Origin: Octopus bimaculoides
Lineage: Eukaryota
Direction of reading: 5' to 3'
Assembly (NCBI RefSeq): GCF_001194135.2
Contig: NC_068983.1
Coordinates: 17,367,415-17,431,414 of the forward strand
DNA length: 64,000 bases
The notes below the pieces were generated by a model. The model saw nothing but the letters and a program-made list of their open reading frames with translations. It had not been told where the DNA came from and made no database searches. How positions within the stretch are numbered: position 1 is the first letter of the stretch; the number at the start of each line of letters is the position of its first letter. Positions 46,341 through 60,645 of the stretch are shown piece after piece. The position numbers were made by a program, and so were the translations under genes.

Positions 46341-47152
46341 GTATACACACACATAATCACCTGGCACAAGTTGAACAAATGTTTTAAGGTGGTATTTAGT
46401 GTCCACTCTGACACCAGCTGTTTCAGACACATTTTCACATGCAGATAAGGTGAACCTATTCTAAAATGCAGGATATGCATACATACGTATGTGCATTTGT
46501 ACATATAAACATACATAAATTCATATGCATTCATATTTTACCACTTTTTAGAAAAGTGTAAAGGAAATATAAAAAAAAAAACAAACTCAAAGCAGAAGGG
46601 AAAAAGAGAACAGAAAAATGCAAAGTTTAAAAACAAATCTTCTACAACCATAACAACAATGACAACAAAAGCAGCTATGCACTATGAAAATTACCCACAA
46701 ATCCAAGGAACAAAACTATTTCTTCTAATCTTCGTCTCTCTCAGGTGTAATGCAAAGGTATGAAATTTGAGATGTTTCTCTCTCCTCACAACAGTTCAAC
46801 TTTTAGATCTGTTCACTAAACAAACCTCTACATTGGCTGTTGGCACGAACTGATACCAATTTGCTTGGATTCTGTATTTTAGCCAATTTCCACAAATAAA
46901 ATGGCATGTTGTTGTAGTCTGTGCAAGAATTGGATAAATTTTATGCAAGGTAAAACTGGGAAATACACGTTAACTCACCTGAATTCATCTGTGAACTCTA
47001 CAACAAAGACGAAACCAGCAAAGACTGATGATGGTACAAATTCAAAAAATAAGACAGTTTCCACACTACATGATATGAATCTGGCAGAACCATGTACACG
47101 CAATGGAACCAGTCAGATACCTCCCCGAACATGACTGACACGAAACTGAAAA

Positions 47153-47183
<31 letters not shown>

Positions 47184-47839
47184 NNNNNNNNNNNNNNNNN
47201 NNNNNNNNNNNNNNNNNNNNNNNNNNNNNNNNNNNNNNNNNNNNNNNNNNNNNNNNNNNNNNNNNNNNNNNNNNNNNNNNNNNNNNNNNNNNNNNNNNNN
47301 NNNNNNNNNNNNNNNNNNNNNNNNNNNNNNNNNNNNNNNNNNNNNNNNNNNNNNNNNNNNNNNNNNNNNNNNNNNNNNNNNNNNNNNNNNNNNNNNNNNN
47401 NNNNNNNNNNNNNNNNNNNNNNNNNNNNNNNNNNNNNNNNNNNNNNNNNNNNNNNNNNNNNNNNNNNNNNNNNNNNNNNNNNNNNNNNNNNNNNNNNNNN
47501 NNNNNNNNNNNNNNNNNNNNNNNNNNNNNNNNNNNNNNNNNNNNNNNNNNNNNNNNNNNNNNNNNNNNNNNNNNNNNNNNNNNNNNNNNNNNNNNNNNNN
47601 NNNNNNNNNNNNNNNNNNNNNNNNNNNNNNNNNNNNNNNNNNNNNNNNNNNNNNNNNNNNNNNNNNNNNNNNNNNNNNNNNNNNNNACACATCGACCCCA
47701 TGACTTATTCTTTGAAAGCCTAGTACTTATTCTATCGGTCTCTTAGCCAAACCGGTAAGTTACAGGGACGTAAACACACCAACATCGGTTCTCAAGTGAT
47801 GTTGGAGGGGGGGGGGACAAACACACACACACACACATA

Positions 47840-47883
<44 letters not shown>

Positions 47884-48451
47884 GCTTCTTTCAGTTTCTA
47901 TCTACCAAATCCACTCACAAGGCTTTGGTCGGCCTGAAGCTATAGTAGAAGACACTTGCCTAAGGTGTATATATATATATGTATATATATATAAATAGGG
48001 TGATAAATTGAATATTATATATATTTATATACACACATATATATAAATATATATATATATATATACACACACATATATAAAATCTTTTTGAAGCTGAAAA
48101 GTTTTCACAATCTAAACTGTTTGAGCAGTCCATTCAGTTTCAATAAAATATTAATTTACTTCATCTTTGGTATCTGAGTACTATTTTCTCCATCTTGTTT
48201 TACACAGATGCAATCACATTTACACACACACACACACAACAACATCATCATCAACAAGAATGGAGAATATCACATCTTTATTTGGGGATTACACCATGCA
48301 AGACCAATCAATGATCGTTTTTATTGTGTAAGCATTTATAGATATTCATTTATATTGATATCCAATTGTTTGATGTAGTACAGCAGGTTCGCTTAACCAC
48401 TGAGTGCTTATTACATATTTGTCTGTATTTATTCTCATTATTATTATTATT

Positions 48452-48500
<49 letters not shown>

Positions 48501-49288
48501 GTGTGTGTGTGTGTGTTTATCTGTATAATATACATATAGTGTCAGCTTTTTCATATTGGAGAAAAGGAAATGTTAGTAAGAATCATTGAAATGAATCATT
48601 GGTAATGCAATGTGAGGCCCTTATACGACTCTTGAACCCCACCAAAGCTTTGCACATTTTATTGCATAATGCACAGTTGTGCTGGCTGGTAGAAGGAATG
48701 GGTGCCACAGTATGAAGTCTTTTGATTTGTCTTTTTTATCCTCCATCTTAACAGCACGTCTTTCCACAGGTTGCAGATGTTCTTTTGCCAACAATAGCTG
48801 TTTTATAATTTACACACACACACACACATCCAAAATTAGGGAGTAGAGTAGACAGAATCCTTGAGTAGATAGAATGTTTCATAGCTAGTAGAACCCTGGA
48901 AGTAGTAATTACCTAAATGAAGGGTAATCCATTAGCTACTCGTTGGGCCAAAGATACCTTAATCAAATGAAGTTTACATTGTTAACTCCCAGGATCTTAC
49001 CTTTACATATATAACTATTTATCTATATGTATATATATGTGTGTGTATGCGTGCGTGCATATATATATACATACATATAAGAGGGATGACCACTAAGTAG
49101 ACATCCATTATGCTAGAAGTAGACCACTTATGGTCTGACCACTAAGAAAAGATTGTTTTCAAGAAAATTCAGCAAACACCAGAACATTCTCTTATAAGTA
49201 TGTAATATAACTTTTCTGAATCTTCAGATTTTTCAGTATGCTAGGCCACTGGATTTATATTGATATTAATCAAATTAATATTCAATTT

Positions 49289-49837
49289 GGATCTTTTTTA
49301 AAACGGGGGCCACATTTTTCATTAACGAAACACTTTGAAACTTGGAACACTGGTAGAATGTGTCATATAAAACATCTTTTTCTCTTAGTCTTCTTAAAAA
49401 AAAAAGAAATCTATAAGTTATTCCATGCTAAAGTTGTCATATTTCTGTAATTTCAACCAATCACTGACGTCCATTCAGCCGATATACATTAAGTGCCGAC
49501 TACATAAACAAACGATTATGAAATAATTAACCCTAACCCTACGGTTAGGGTTATGGTTATGGTTAAAGCAAATGAAACGAAGGTATGGAGATTAAATACG
49601 CTTTACATCGCTTAATCAGCCAAAGGAGTAAATATAAACAACTGAATACTTGTCAGTGATTGGTTGAAATTATCGAAATAAGACAATTTTTTTACATGAA
49701 ATAAATTCGAATACAAAAATATTTTTCTGTTCTATAACACAAAATAGATAAGTATACGAAGTTTGAAAGTCTTTCCGTACCAAAAACACTACGTAAAACA
49801 TTAATGAAAAATGTGGCCCCCGTTTTAAAATAGATCC
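49289..49837. mobile_element. 549-bp MITE with 8-bp TSD
   Basis: About 37-bp TIR GGATCT(T/A)TTTTAAAACGGGGGCCACATTTTTCATTAA; TSD TTCAATTT at 49281-49288 and 49838-49845; inner IR aatttcaaccaatcactgac. Confidence 0.9.
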
Positions 49838-52649
49838 TTCAATTTTTCACCCTTATTTAAATTTATATATATATGTCAGTGGCGACTCTGGTACTCGGGC
49901 TTAGCCCAAATATAAATTTAGTAAGGTGAACATGTATTTGTAAGCCGATTTAATTTCTGCTAACACTGACTTCAAGTATGTAATTGCAGCCAATAACTCG
50001 GGCTCCTTTTATTGAACCTGGTCGCAGTTCATTTATTTTCGTTCAGAGTCTGGTGGCTGTCTCAGAAGTGCCCTGTGTCAAAAAATATCTTGCATAGCAG
50101 ACATTCTCTCAACATCGTTCACACGCACCTGACTCGGGTTCAGAAGTTACAGCCCGAGTTGTTATTTATAATTGTAAAAATGAAAAGTAATTCAAATTCA
50201 ATGTTTTTTTGAAACATTAAATTTCTGTAGAGATTAGGATTTATATTCCAATCTATGAAAAGTTTCTGTGCTACAATATTCTTAAGGGGACGAAAAATTA
50301 TCCAGCAACTCGGGCTAATACGAATGAGTCTGGTAGGTGTAAAAGACTAACTGGCATCTCTTATCAAGATTACAGGCGACAACCAGCTCAATGATATTTG
50401 TTGTGCACCCCACTGTCATTATTTGACCACTGTTATTCAGAGCATCTGTGTGTAAAATCAATTGTGCTTTGCAGGGTTGCTTTATTTTACCTTTAACTTA
50501 GAAATGGAGAAAAACAGTGTTAGATGTAAAAAATAAGCCTTTTGGAGTTAGAAATAAAGTGGAAAAATGTGAAATTCTTTGAGTAGGCATGTGTTTTATG
50601 TGAAATCTGTGAGGAGCCTGAGTGATGTTTAATGACTTGGAGTTGCCTTCTTAGTTTTTACATATATTTCATTACTGCTGTCATTTGGAACTCAGCATTG
50701 GATGTTGATTGCCTAAACTTCAATGGATCATCAGAGGAATACTTTATTTCTTTATTGCTCACAAGGGGCTAAACAAGGACAGACAAAGGGATTAAGTCGA
50801 TTACATCGACCCCCAATGCTTAACTGGTACTTAATTTATTGAAAGGATGAAAGGCAAAGTCGACCTCGGTGGAATTTGAACTCAGAATGTAACGGCAGAC
50901 GAAATACCGCTAAACATTTTGTCCAGCATGCTAACGTTTCTTCCAGCTTGACACCTTTATTTCTTTCTGTTACACAAACATACAGTGGTAGAAGCAGACT
51001 GGAAAATGATAATCTACATGGAACTCTGACTCATACAGTAAGTCATACTTTGGATCTTTATTCGAAGCACATCTGTCTATGTGGCTGCTGACAGGTAGTT
51101 TTCTGTCTTTGGGATTCCTAATTTGGGATTTATGTACAGCTATCCTTTTTCGTAGGCTGTTTTTTTTGTATGGCCTATATATTGCCTATTGCACCCTGCA
51201 CATGTTATCACATAAATTAAGTTTTCCGATGCACAAGTGAAGTTTGTTCTGATGGTGAAATGATGGCCTTGTTCTAATGTGTATTCCGGACCTTCTACTA
51301 AGAAGATACAGATCTCTGAGAAAATTAAAATTTATCTCATATAGTGGCGTTTTCAAACTTCTTTTATATATATATATTAATATTTAGCAGAAGTAACAGA
51401 GTGAGTCAAGGTGGAAAGAAAGCAGAGAGCAAAAAGAAGTCATAAAGAAACAAACAAGAAACTTTCAACATTGTCTAATCAATTTAATAATTATAATAAT
51501 TTTCTTCATATTTTTTTTGTTCNNNNNNNNNNNNNNNNNNNNNNNNNNNNNNNNNNNNNNNNNNNNNNNNNNNNNNNNNNNNNNNNNNNNNNNNNNNNNN
51601 NNNNNNNNNNNNNNNNNNNNNNNNNNNNNNNNNNNNNNNNNNNNNNNNNNNNNNNNNNNNNNNNNNNNNNNNNNNNNNNNNNNNNNNNNNNNNNNNNNNN
51701 NNNNNNNNNNNNNNNNNNNNNNNNNNNNNNNNNNNNNNNNNNNNNNNNNNNNNNNNNGAGGAGAAGGAATGAACAACAAAGAAAAAGCAATCTAGAATAC
51801 TCCCTGAAGAATTTTCAAATCCTCAATTTTGACTGCCATAGATTTTACAGTTTTAATCAGACATTGAAGATGCATTGTTTTAATCTTAGTTTCAGATAAA
51901 TACTGCTAATGATAAGAATAGAGAAATGGAATGCAAGAAACTACAACAGTTGTCATCACCATCACCACACCAACTACGGAAAAGGCTGGAAACAATAACA
52001 TCATCAACATCATCTTCATCATCACCACCATTATCATCTAACAATTCTAATAATAACAATTTAAATAACAGAACAATAAACAAGCCATTTCTTCCATATT
52101 TTCCACTTTTTTGGCTTTGAATATATTTTTTTTCCTTTAAAAACCTCTTTGAGATAACTTCCTTTCATTTTCTGTTTGGTTTAAATCTTTCTTTTTACTC
52201 TGCAGGAAAACAGACCTCTCTCTTTGGAATCATTTCATTATATATATATATATAAAAACAGATGGTAAATGTATTTTCATGTTACAGTGTCTTTCTGGTG
52301 TTAATTTAGACCATAAAGACATCAAATGGCAAAGAAATGAAATCCACCCCATTAAGAAGAAAAGTATTTCATTTTCCATAGTCATTCAAATTTTAAATTT
52401 TTGAAAGTATAATTGCTTTGACAGTTAAAAACCAAGTTATCTTTTACTGTATTTTGAAACTATTGTACGAACATACATATCTACCATTATTATATACATT
52501 CATGTACACCCACCCACCCACACACACACATACATTTATCTACATATACACACATTCAATTCTGTTGATGCACATGATGTATTTTCAAAGAGGCTGATCC
52601 TGCTGCTTAATTAAAGCTTTTATTGCAAAAGCTAATCAGTTATAATTGT

Positions 52650-52725
52650 TTAACCCTTCACTGCAGCCAGTCCAGGCTGTGATGACACTGGTTCTCTTCC
52701 TTCAAGTTGTTTGCCAAGATATTCC
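52650..52725 (-). CDS. ATP6V1H: V-ATPase subunit H, last coding exon (W-EYLGKQLEGREPVSSQPGLAAVKG*)
   Basis: Acceptor ttttaattttcag|; EYLGKQL motif; TAA at 52650-52652; AATAAA on minus at 52619-52624. Confidence 0.93.
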
Positions 52726-52794
52726 CTGAAAATTAAAAAACAAAGAACTATGTCAATAATAATAATAATAATAATAATAATAATTTTTATTTCT

Positions 52795-53690
52795 TTATTG
52801 CCCACAGTGGGGCTAAACATAGAGAGGACACACAAGGACAGACAAAGGGATTAAGTTGATTACATCAACCCCAGTGCGTAACTGGTACTTGTTTAATCGA
52901 ACCCGAAAGGATGATAGGCAAAGTCGACCTCGGCGGAATTTGAACTCAGAACGTAGCGGCACATGAAATACCACTAAGCATTTCGCCCGGCGTGCTAATG
53001 ATTCTGCCAGATTGCTGCCTCTAATAGTAATAATAATAATAATGATCCTTTCTACTATAGACACATAGTCCCAAATTTTTGGGGAGGGGACTAGTCAATT
53101 ACATCAATCCCAGTGTTTTACTGGTACTTAATTTATTGACCCCAAAAGGACGAAAGGCAAAGTTGACCTTGGCAGAATTTGAACTCTGAATGTAGAGAGA
53201 GGCGAAATGCCGCTATGCATTTTGCCTGGTGTGCTAATAATTCTTCCGTAATAATAATGATCTCAAATTTTCGCACAAGGCCAGCATTTTCGACCCCAAT
53301 GTACTTATTTTGTTGAGCCTGAAAGGATGAAAAGTAAAGTTGAGCTTAGCAGAATTTGAACTCAGAATGTAACGAGTTAGAAGAAATCATTATGCTCCGA
53401 GTCAACTTTACTTTTCATCCCCTTCCCGGGTCACCAAAATAAAGTACCAGTCAAGTACAAGGGTAATAACGATAATAACTATTAACAATAATAATAATAA
53501 TAATCCTTTCTACTGAAGGTGTAAGGCCTGAAATTTGGGGGAAGGAGACCAGTCGATTACATCGATCCCAGTATTTCACTGGTACTTAATTTATTGACCT
53601 CGGTGGAATTTGAACTCAGAACATGAAGACGGATGGAATACCGCTAAGCATTTTGCCCAAGACACCAACAATTCTGTCAGCTTGCTACCT
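52795..53690 (-). mobile_element. Cluster of 4-5 family A SINEs in the last ATP6V1H intron, separated by (AAT)n
   Basis: Minus copies near 52795, 53055, 53270 and 53510; short plus fragment at 53400-53460. Confidence 0.85.
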
Positions 53691-54426
53691 TTATTATAAC
53701 AATAATAATGATGATGATAATAATAATAATAATAACAGACTGTTCTCATTCTTAAGCCATTTGCTTCTTCTTTGCTTATTGTTACTACAATGACTTATTT
53801 TCATCTAGCAAGCTGCATATCATCTCTGACTGATTCCACCCAAAGCACCATCTCTTTCCCTTATCCTTACTGTATTTCATTCACATCTAAATACTATACT
53901 AAATATTTTGCTCATTCATTTCTCTCCAACGTCACACTGATTTTTCAGATAGACACAAATGTGAACAGACTGACACACATATGCATGCACATGCACACAC
54001 AATGGACTGTCTTCAGTTTCTGCCTCTCAAATCCACTTACAAAGCTTTGGTCAGCCCAAGGGTATAGTAGAAGAGACTTGCCCAAGGTGCCACACAGTGG
54101 GACTGAACCTGGAACCATGTGGTTGGGAAGCAAACTTCTTATCCATGCAACCAAATCTGAGTCTGGCTCAAAACCCACTGGGATCGAATTTGCTTTCCAT
54201 CATCCCAGGTTGAGGTTCAGCAGGGAAGAAGCAACAGAAGAATGAGTCATGCTGCTACCTTAGAAGGGGACACACCACAATGACTGACATTACTTGAAAC
54301 CATGTAAATCAGTAACAGTTCATCATTTTAATCTTACAGCAACTGTGTTTTATACAGAACTGCACACGACTGTCTTAACTGAGATAATGACAGTAAGAGA
54401 AAGAGAGCTCTTGCTCCACTACCTAC

Positions 54427-54540
54427 CAGTTATGTACCATCAGTTTTTGGACAGCTATGAGGGCTTCGTAGCGAACATTCGGATCTTCATGTGTGAGGTA
54501 TTGCATCACAAGCTGTTTGGCACCAAGTTTTTCAATCACA
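54427..54540 (-). CDS. ATP6V1H: V-ATPase subunit H exon, 114 nt ([38 protein letters not shown])
   Basis: ttttgcag| and |gtaggt; hallmark [10 protein letters not shown]. Confidence 0.97.
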
Positions 54541-55444
54541 CTGCAAAATAAAAGGGTAATGTTACAACTTTAAAAAAACCCCAAATCAACAACAAATAAG
54601 AGATCCCTTTCTTGGAGAACAGATAAGGGCTAGCAACAAGGGGATGAGGACACATCTGGGTGTAAAAAAAAAAACATTTTAATAAATATGATAGTGTTCT
54701 TACTATTTACATCTACCAAATTCACTCAAAGGACGCTATAGAAGATACCCAATGTGCTGTGCAGTGGAACTGAACCCGCCATTCCTGTACCTATACATGC
54801 ATGTGTGTGTGTGTGCATGCAAGGATGGTGAAATTAGTTGAGTGTATTTTGGGATATTATCTAATGCCCCTTTAATGCCAAGGTCAGCCTAGCATTTCCT
54901 TTTCCTGAGGCAGCTGACAACAAAATAAAAACAAAACCTTTGAAGATGGTGCCTCATTATAGTTGCAGACCAGTGACTGAAATCAGTAAAACGAAATATC
55001 TAATTCATCAGCATCGTTTTTAGTCTCTTTCTGTTCTGTATATGTCACTTTTGATTGCTCACAGGCAATTTTCAGCATGTGCATCACCCTGATGTAACAT
55101 GTGTACATGCAGATTGCAAGAATCATTTAGAGTGATTTGGAAGCAAGGTCGCAGCAAAATACCACGTGATATTTAGTTGTGTCCTGAATTCAAATCGTAC
55201 TGAGTTTTGATAAAAATAATTTCCCCACAAAAATCTAAGGTTTTGTATCCATGTTAGACGCCACTGTCATTATTATACTTTGATATAATAATAACTGGCA
55301 GAAGGAAACTGTGTGGAAGCCCATTGTGTGTTTGTGTGTGTCTTTGTGCTTATTCCTGCCTCTTTGCTTTGACAAGTTTTTGTTAATGTTCCAGTAACTT
55401 AACAGTTTGGCAAAAAAATCTGATAGAATAAATACTTGAAGGTG

Positions 55445-55675
55445 TCAAGCTGGCAGAAACATTAGCACGCTGGGCGAAATGCTTAGCGGTATTTCGTCTG
55501 CCGTTATGTTCTGAGTTCAAATTCTGCCGAGGTCGACTTTGCCTTTCATCCTTTCAGGGTCGATAAATTAACTACCAGTTACGCACTGGGGTTGATGTAA
55601 TCAACTTAATCCCTTTGTCTTGTACTTGTTTGTCCCCTCTATGTTTAGCCCCTTGTGGGCAATAAAGAAATAAGA
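55445..55675 (+). mobile_element. Near full-length family A SINE with long tail
   Basis: A box tggcagaaacattag, B box gagttcaaattc; tail gtttagccccttgtgggcaataaagaaat. Confidence 0.9.
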
Positions 55676-55829
55676 ATAAATACTAGACTTAAAAAACAAG
55701 CACAGGGGTTGATTTACTTTGAAACAAGTCAAAGAAAGAAAAAATAAAGAGAAATAAAAAAAAAAGAAGAAATCTGATATAAAAAATCAAAAATACATCG
55801 ATTCTCTGAATCAATAAGAAATAACTTAC

Positions 55830-55931
55830 TTCTTCCCTCGGGGGTAGTAGCGCACGTATTCACCAAAATCATGAGCTGCTACTGAGAGAATAAGTGGATC
55901 CTTGCTGCTTTCAAGTAATCGAACTAAGATT
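55830..55931 (-). CDS. ATP6V1H: V-ATPase subunit H exon, 102 nt ([33 protein letters not shown])
   Basis: tttccag| and |gtaagt; phases consistent with neighbouring exons. Confidence 0.97.
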
Positions 55932-56164
55932 CTGGAAACACAAGAATAAAGGGATTATTATTATAAATAGTGAGAAAGAAATAGGAACATTTAGAAAATC
56001 TCAGTAAGAGATGAAAGCAGTAGCTGTACCAAAAAGTAATGTCTATTGCCAATTGAACATGGCTGCTCTGTAGGAACCAACACTACTGCCATGTTTAAGT
56101 GGCAATAGACATTAATACGAACATTACATTTCAAAATGGTTTTGGTCAAGCAAATTATATACAT

Positions 56165-56540
56165 ACTCTTTTACTTGTTTCAGTCTTTTGACTGTGGCTA
56201 TGCTGGAGCACCGCCTTTAGTCGAGCAAACCGACCCCAGGACTTATTCTTTGGAAGCCTAGCACTTATTCTATCGGTCTCTTTTGCAGAACCGCTAAGTT
56301 ACGGGGACATAAACACACCAGCATCGGTTGTCAAACGATGGTGGGAGGACAAACACAGGCATACAAACACATACATATATATATATATATACGACAGACT
56401 TCTTTCAGTTTCTGTCTACCAAATCCACTCACAAGGCTTTGGTCGGCCCAAGGCTATAGTAGAAGACACTTGCCCAAGATGCCATGTAGTGGGACTGAAC
56501 CTGGGACCATGTGGTTGGTAAGCAAGCTACTTACCACACA
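56165..56540 (-). mobile_element. Full-length family B SINE
   Basis: Matches 58785-59155 (minus) and 62350-62700 (plus). Confidence 0.88.
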
Positions 56541-57632
56541 TAATTATTTACATATATAATTGTTATAGGAAAACTACTAATTAGTAATAGTGCATCATTC
56601 TAGGAAGTAGCCTTGCTCGATGTGAAATGGTCTTTCTGAAGACTAGAAAATAAAAAGAAGTCCTTCCTGAGCCGTAGACTCATAAGGCTGGTTTCCTGGA
56701 ATATTTGGTGGTGTATATATTCCTCACTGGACAGAATACCAGTTCATAGCAGGATTATTTATTTTTGCCAGCTGAGCGGAATGGATCAATGTGAAATGAA
56801 GTCTGTTGGTCAAGAACTCAAACACATTGCCCAGTCCAGAAATTGAAATCACAATCTTTCGATCATGAGTGCAACACCCTAACCACTAAGCCACATACCT
56901 CCAGGAAATGATCTTCAGCTTATTTCAATAATCTGTTTCTTCTGTTTCCATCTACCAAATTCACACACAAGGCATTGGTGGATTTGGAGTTATAGTAGAA
57001 AACATCCATTGTACTATGCTGTGGAGCTGAACCACAAATCATGTGACTGCAAAGTATATTTCTTAACCACACAGCCATGCCTTCACCTATATATGTATGT
57101 ATATGTATGTATGTATATATATATATATACACATGGATAAAGGCAATGCTGATGCACTCTCTTTATATACTCAATAATGTGGGTAAGATATTTAGAAGAA
57201 ATGTTAGTAGGAACTTCATACTGTGTATTCCATGTAAATAAAGGATGCATAAAAGACAAATGGTAAGATGTCTTTCTGGTAGGCTCATATGCACAGGGAA
57301 GCAGGACTTGAGATTTGACAGATGAATAAGGTTAGTTAACAGTTGACCTCAGTGAATTTTAACGCAGAATGTAAAGACAGACAAAATGCCACTAAGCACT
57401 TTGTCCAGTGTGCCAATGATGCTGCTAGCTTGCCATCATAATGATAAGAAATGGCTTTTAGATTTCCTCCAGCTACGAACAAACTCTACAGTTTTGTTTT
57501 CAGTTAGTTATACTGAAATAAAGTTGGACATCAATGACTTGATCTAGAAGCTTGTGACATAGTTATCTGAAACCATACAGCTGACCAAGAAACACATGGA
57601 TACATGCAAACATATATGTACAAACTACTCAC

Positions 57633-57758
57633 TTAAGAAGCTCATAGTTCTTTTCGTTCAACCTCATTGCATTTTCTCGCCAGAACCGATCAGATCTGTG
57701 CACAGGACTCCATTCAAGGCGGCCAGATTTTACTTCGTTAGAATATTCATCAAATGAA
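57633..57758 (-). CDS. ATP6V1H: V-ATPase subunit H exon, 126 nt ([42 protein letters not shown])
   Basis: ttttcag| and |gtgagt; hallmark [10 protein letters not shown]. Confidence 0.97.
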
Positions 57759-57966
57759 CTGAAAACAATATACATAACAATAAATTAATTAATTTTCATA
57801 CAAGAAAAATCAATGAAAAAAGTACTCCATCCAGTGAGAGATAAATATCAACTGAAAGAGCTATTAATAATTTCATGGTGTATTTTATAAATATGCCTGT
57901 TCAAGTATAACAACATGAAACTATAAGTAGCTCTTTTGGTTGTGTATTCAAATTGATATATATATA

Positions 57967-58014
<48 letters not shown>

Positions 58015-58784
58015 GGTTTGGAGGTGATGTACAGGAATTATATATTAGAAAAAGTAATGGAAAAGAGAAGGAAAAAATGAAGGAAGGACTAAAGATAAGT
58101 TTCTGAATCTATATCTATTGTGTGTCAAATGGCAGCATTTTAGAATTGTTTTCGATTTTTTTTTTTTTTTTTAAATATCCATAATTAAATATATCTCTCT
58201 CACTCGTTTTCTTATATATAAAAACATTATGGTAAAATTCTGACTGAGTTTGTCTCCAGCAATAATACTAATAAATGCTACACTGAAATGATCGAATGCA
58301 AGGGAGAATATTTGGAATTTACCAGTTACCTCTCTTAATTCAAACTATTGCCTAACACTAAATATAGCCAACATGATTAAATTAGAAACAAACTATTTTG
58401 CTATTTAATTTAATAGATGACTAAAAACATTAACTAACTACTGGTCTATGGTTGTAGTCAGTGAAAACTACATTAGTAGTTGAGATAATAACCCAAGTAA
58501 AAACAATTGCTTTTGTATTGAATTCACAGGAGAAAAAAATCCTGTTATAACATATCCAAGGAGGGAAGAGAATTTGAATGCATTTTCATTTATCGTTCAT
58601 TTTCTACTTTTTCCATTCATTGAACTACGGCTGTCTGGGAGCACCACCTGGAGGGACTTTAGTTGAACAAATTGACCCTAGTACTCTTATGGGTCTTTTT
58701 CTTTCCTCTCAAGTTTGGTACTTATTCTATCAATCTTTTTTGTCAGACTGCTAAGTAAAGCACAGTTTGAGTAAAGAATATACT

Positions 58785-59155
58785 CTTTTACTTGTTTCAG
58801 TCATTTGACTGTGGCCATGCTGGAGCACCGCCTTTAGTCGAGCAAATTGACCCCAGGACTTATTCTTTGGAAGCCTAGTACTTATTCTATCGGTCTCTTT
58901 TGTCGAACCGCTAAGTTATGGGGACATAAACACACCACCATCAATTGTCAAGCGATGTTGGGGGTACAAACACACACATACACATGTATATATACATATA
59001 TACGATGGGCTTCTTTCAGCTCCCGTCAACCAAATCCACTCACAAAGCTTTGGTCGGCCCGAGGCTATAGTGGAAGACATTTGCCCAAAATGCCACGCAG
59101 TGGGAATGAACCCGGAACCATGTGGTTGGTAAGCAAGCTACTTACCACACAGCCA
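58785..59155 (-). mobile_element. Full-length family B SINE
   Basis: Head tggctgtgtggtaagtagcttgc..gggttcattccc; central (TG)n; tail ccagcatggccacagtcaaatgactgaaac. Confidence 0.9.
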
Positions 59156-59584
59156 CTCCTTGTGCTTTCTATGCATTCCCATTGAACCCTCTGTGTGTTA
59201 ACATGGGTCTCCTAACAACAAAGTAAACTTCATATAATCAAGATACTCTTGACTTGAAGAGTAGCCTGCGGTATACATCTTACTTGGATATTTACTACTT
59301 TTGAGGTTACGCTCGCTATGAAACATATATAGCCAGAATTTTATCTACTCCATTCCTTAACTCTTGGATTTTTATTCACATACCCAGAAACCCTAGCTGT
59401 CAACCGTGAAATATAAAATACTTTTTTTCAGCTTATCGTACTTTGATATGGGAAAAATTCACGACCTTCTGCACCAATAAACTACTATTGTCCCTGAAAG
59501 TTGCTTTTTAATATTTTCTATGGATTGCTTGAAAAAAAGAACAAAATCAAAAGAATACAAGAAGAAAGAAACAGGAATTTCTAC

Positions 59585-59763
59585 CTTAAGTCTTGGACAG
59601 AAGCCAACAATTTCTCTTGTAAATATTTCAAGTCATCCTCAAACTCTGGATCCTCATTCTTGCGGGCTTCAATTAATTCCAGCTGCTTCAGTACTTTGCA
59701 TTGTACCATGGCCAAAGCATGTTCTTGAATGACGTCATTCTCACTAGTTTTCTCTAGAAGGTT
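59585..59763 (-). CDS. ATP6V1H: V-ATPase subunit H exon, 179 nt (NLLEKTSENDVIQEHALAMVQCKVLKQLELIEARKNEDPEFEDDLKYLQEKLLASVQDLS)
   Basis: ttttcag| and |gtagaa; AMVQCKVLKQL..SVQDLS. Confidence 0.96.
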
Positions 59764-60645
59764 CTGAAAACAACAAGCAAAACAATGTAGAATATAGTAA
59801 GTGATGAAAATCTAGGAAATTTTAACAAAAAGGAAGTGTAGGGAGATGTCATTTCTCAAATAAAATAACTGCTTCTGACACAGACCCAAGGCCTGAGATT
59901 TGGGTGGGTGGGTGTAAGTGATTAGTCAATTACATTGATTTAGTATTTGACTGGTACTTTTTTTTTTATTGATCCCAAAAGGATGGAAAGCAATGTTGAC
60001 CTCGGTAAGATTTGAACTAACAATATAAGGTGCTGAAAAATTTATTGCCAACTACTTTGTCTGATGTTGTAATAATTTTGCCAATTCACTTCTCTTCTCA
60101 AAATAATGGCATAAAATAAAAACAATCATAGGAGTTTGTTTTGATTTGGCATACAACAAATGATAAAGACAGTAGAAGAGTACATTTTCACTGGATCAAC
60201 AATACAGAACAGGTATGGCTGTGTGGTTAAGATGTCTGCATTGCAGCCATGTCATTTCAGGTTCAATCCTGTGTAGCACCATGAACAAGTGTGTTCTACA
60301 GTGGAATTCGGAAAACAGAAAATGGGCAAAAGCCACACACACATGCACATGAAGCTTTTATCTTTTAGTTAGGAGGGAAGGCAGTATCCATGATCCTTCA
60401 CAGGACCTCTGACACTAGTGGGACAGAGGGAGGAAGGTATCCTCAATTTGGAGTTTTAGCCAAATGCTTACAACAGAGTAGATANNNNNNNNNNNNNNNN
60501 NNNNNNNNNNNNNNNNNNNNNNNNNNNNNNNNNNNNNNNNNNNNNNNNNNNNNTGGGTGGGTGGCTAGTCGATCACATCAACCTCAACACTGGACTAGTA
60601 CTTTATTTTATCAACTCCCAAAGGGACGGAAGGCAAAATTAACAA

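Noticed and set aside
48620-48800. Minus-strand open frames after aaaacag acceptor
   Set aside because: No recognisable protein and no donor; cannot be distinguished from chance.
49877-50416. Possible CAGTG-ended DNA transposon with three actcgggct motifs
   Set aside because: Only 5-6 bp terminal match and no TSD; not enough to call.
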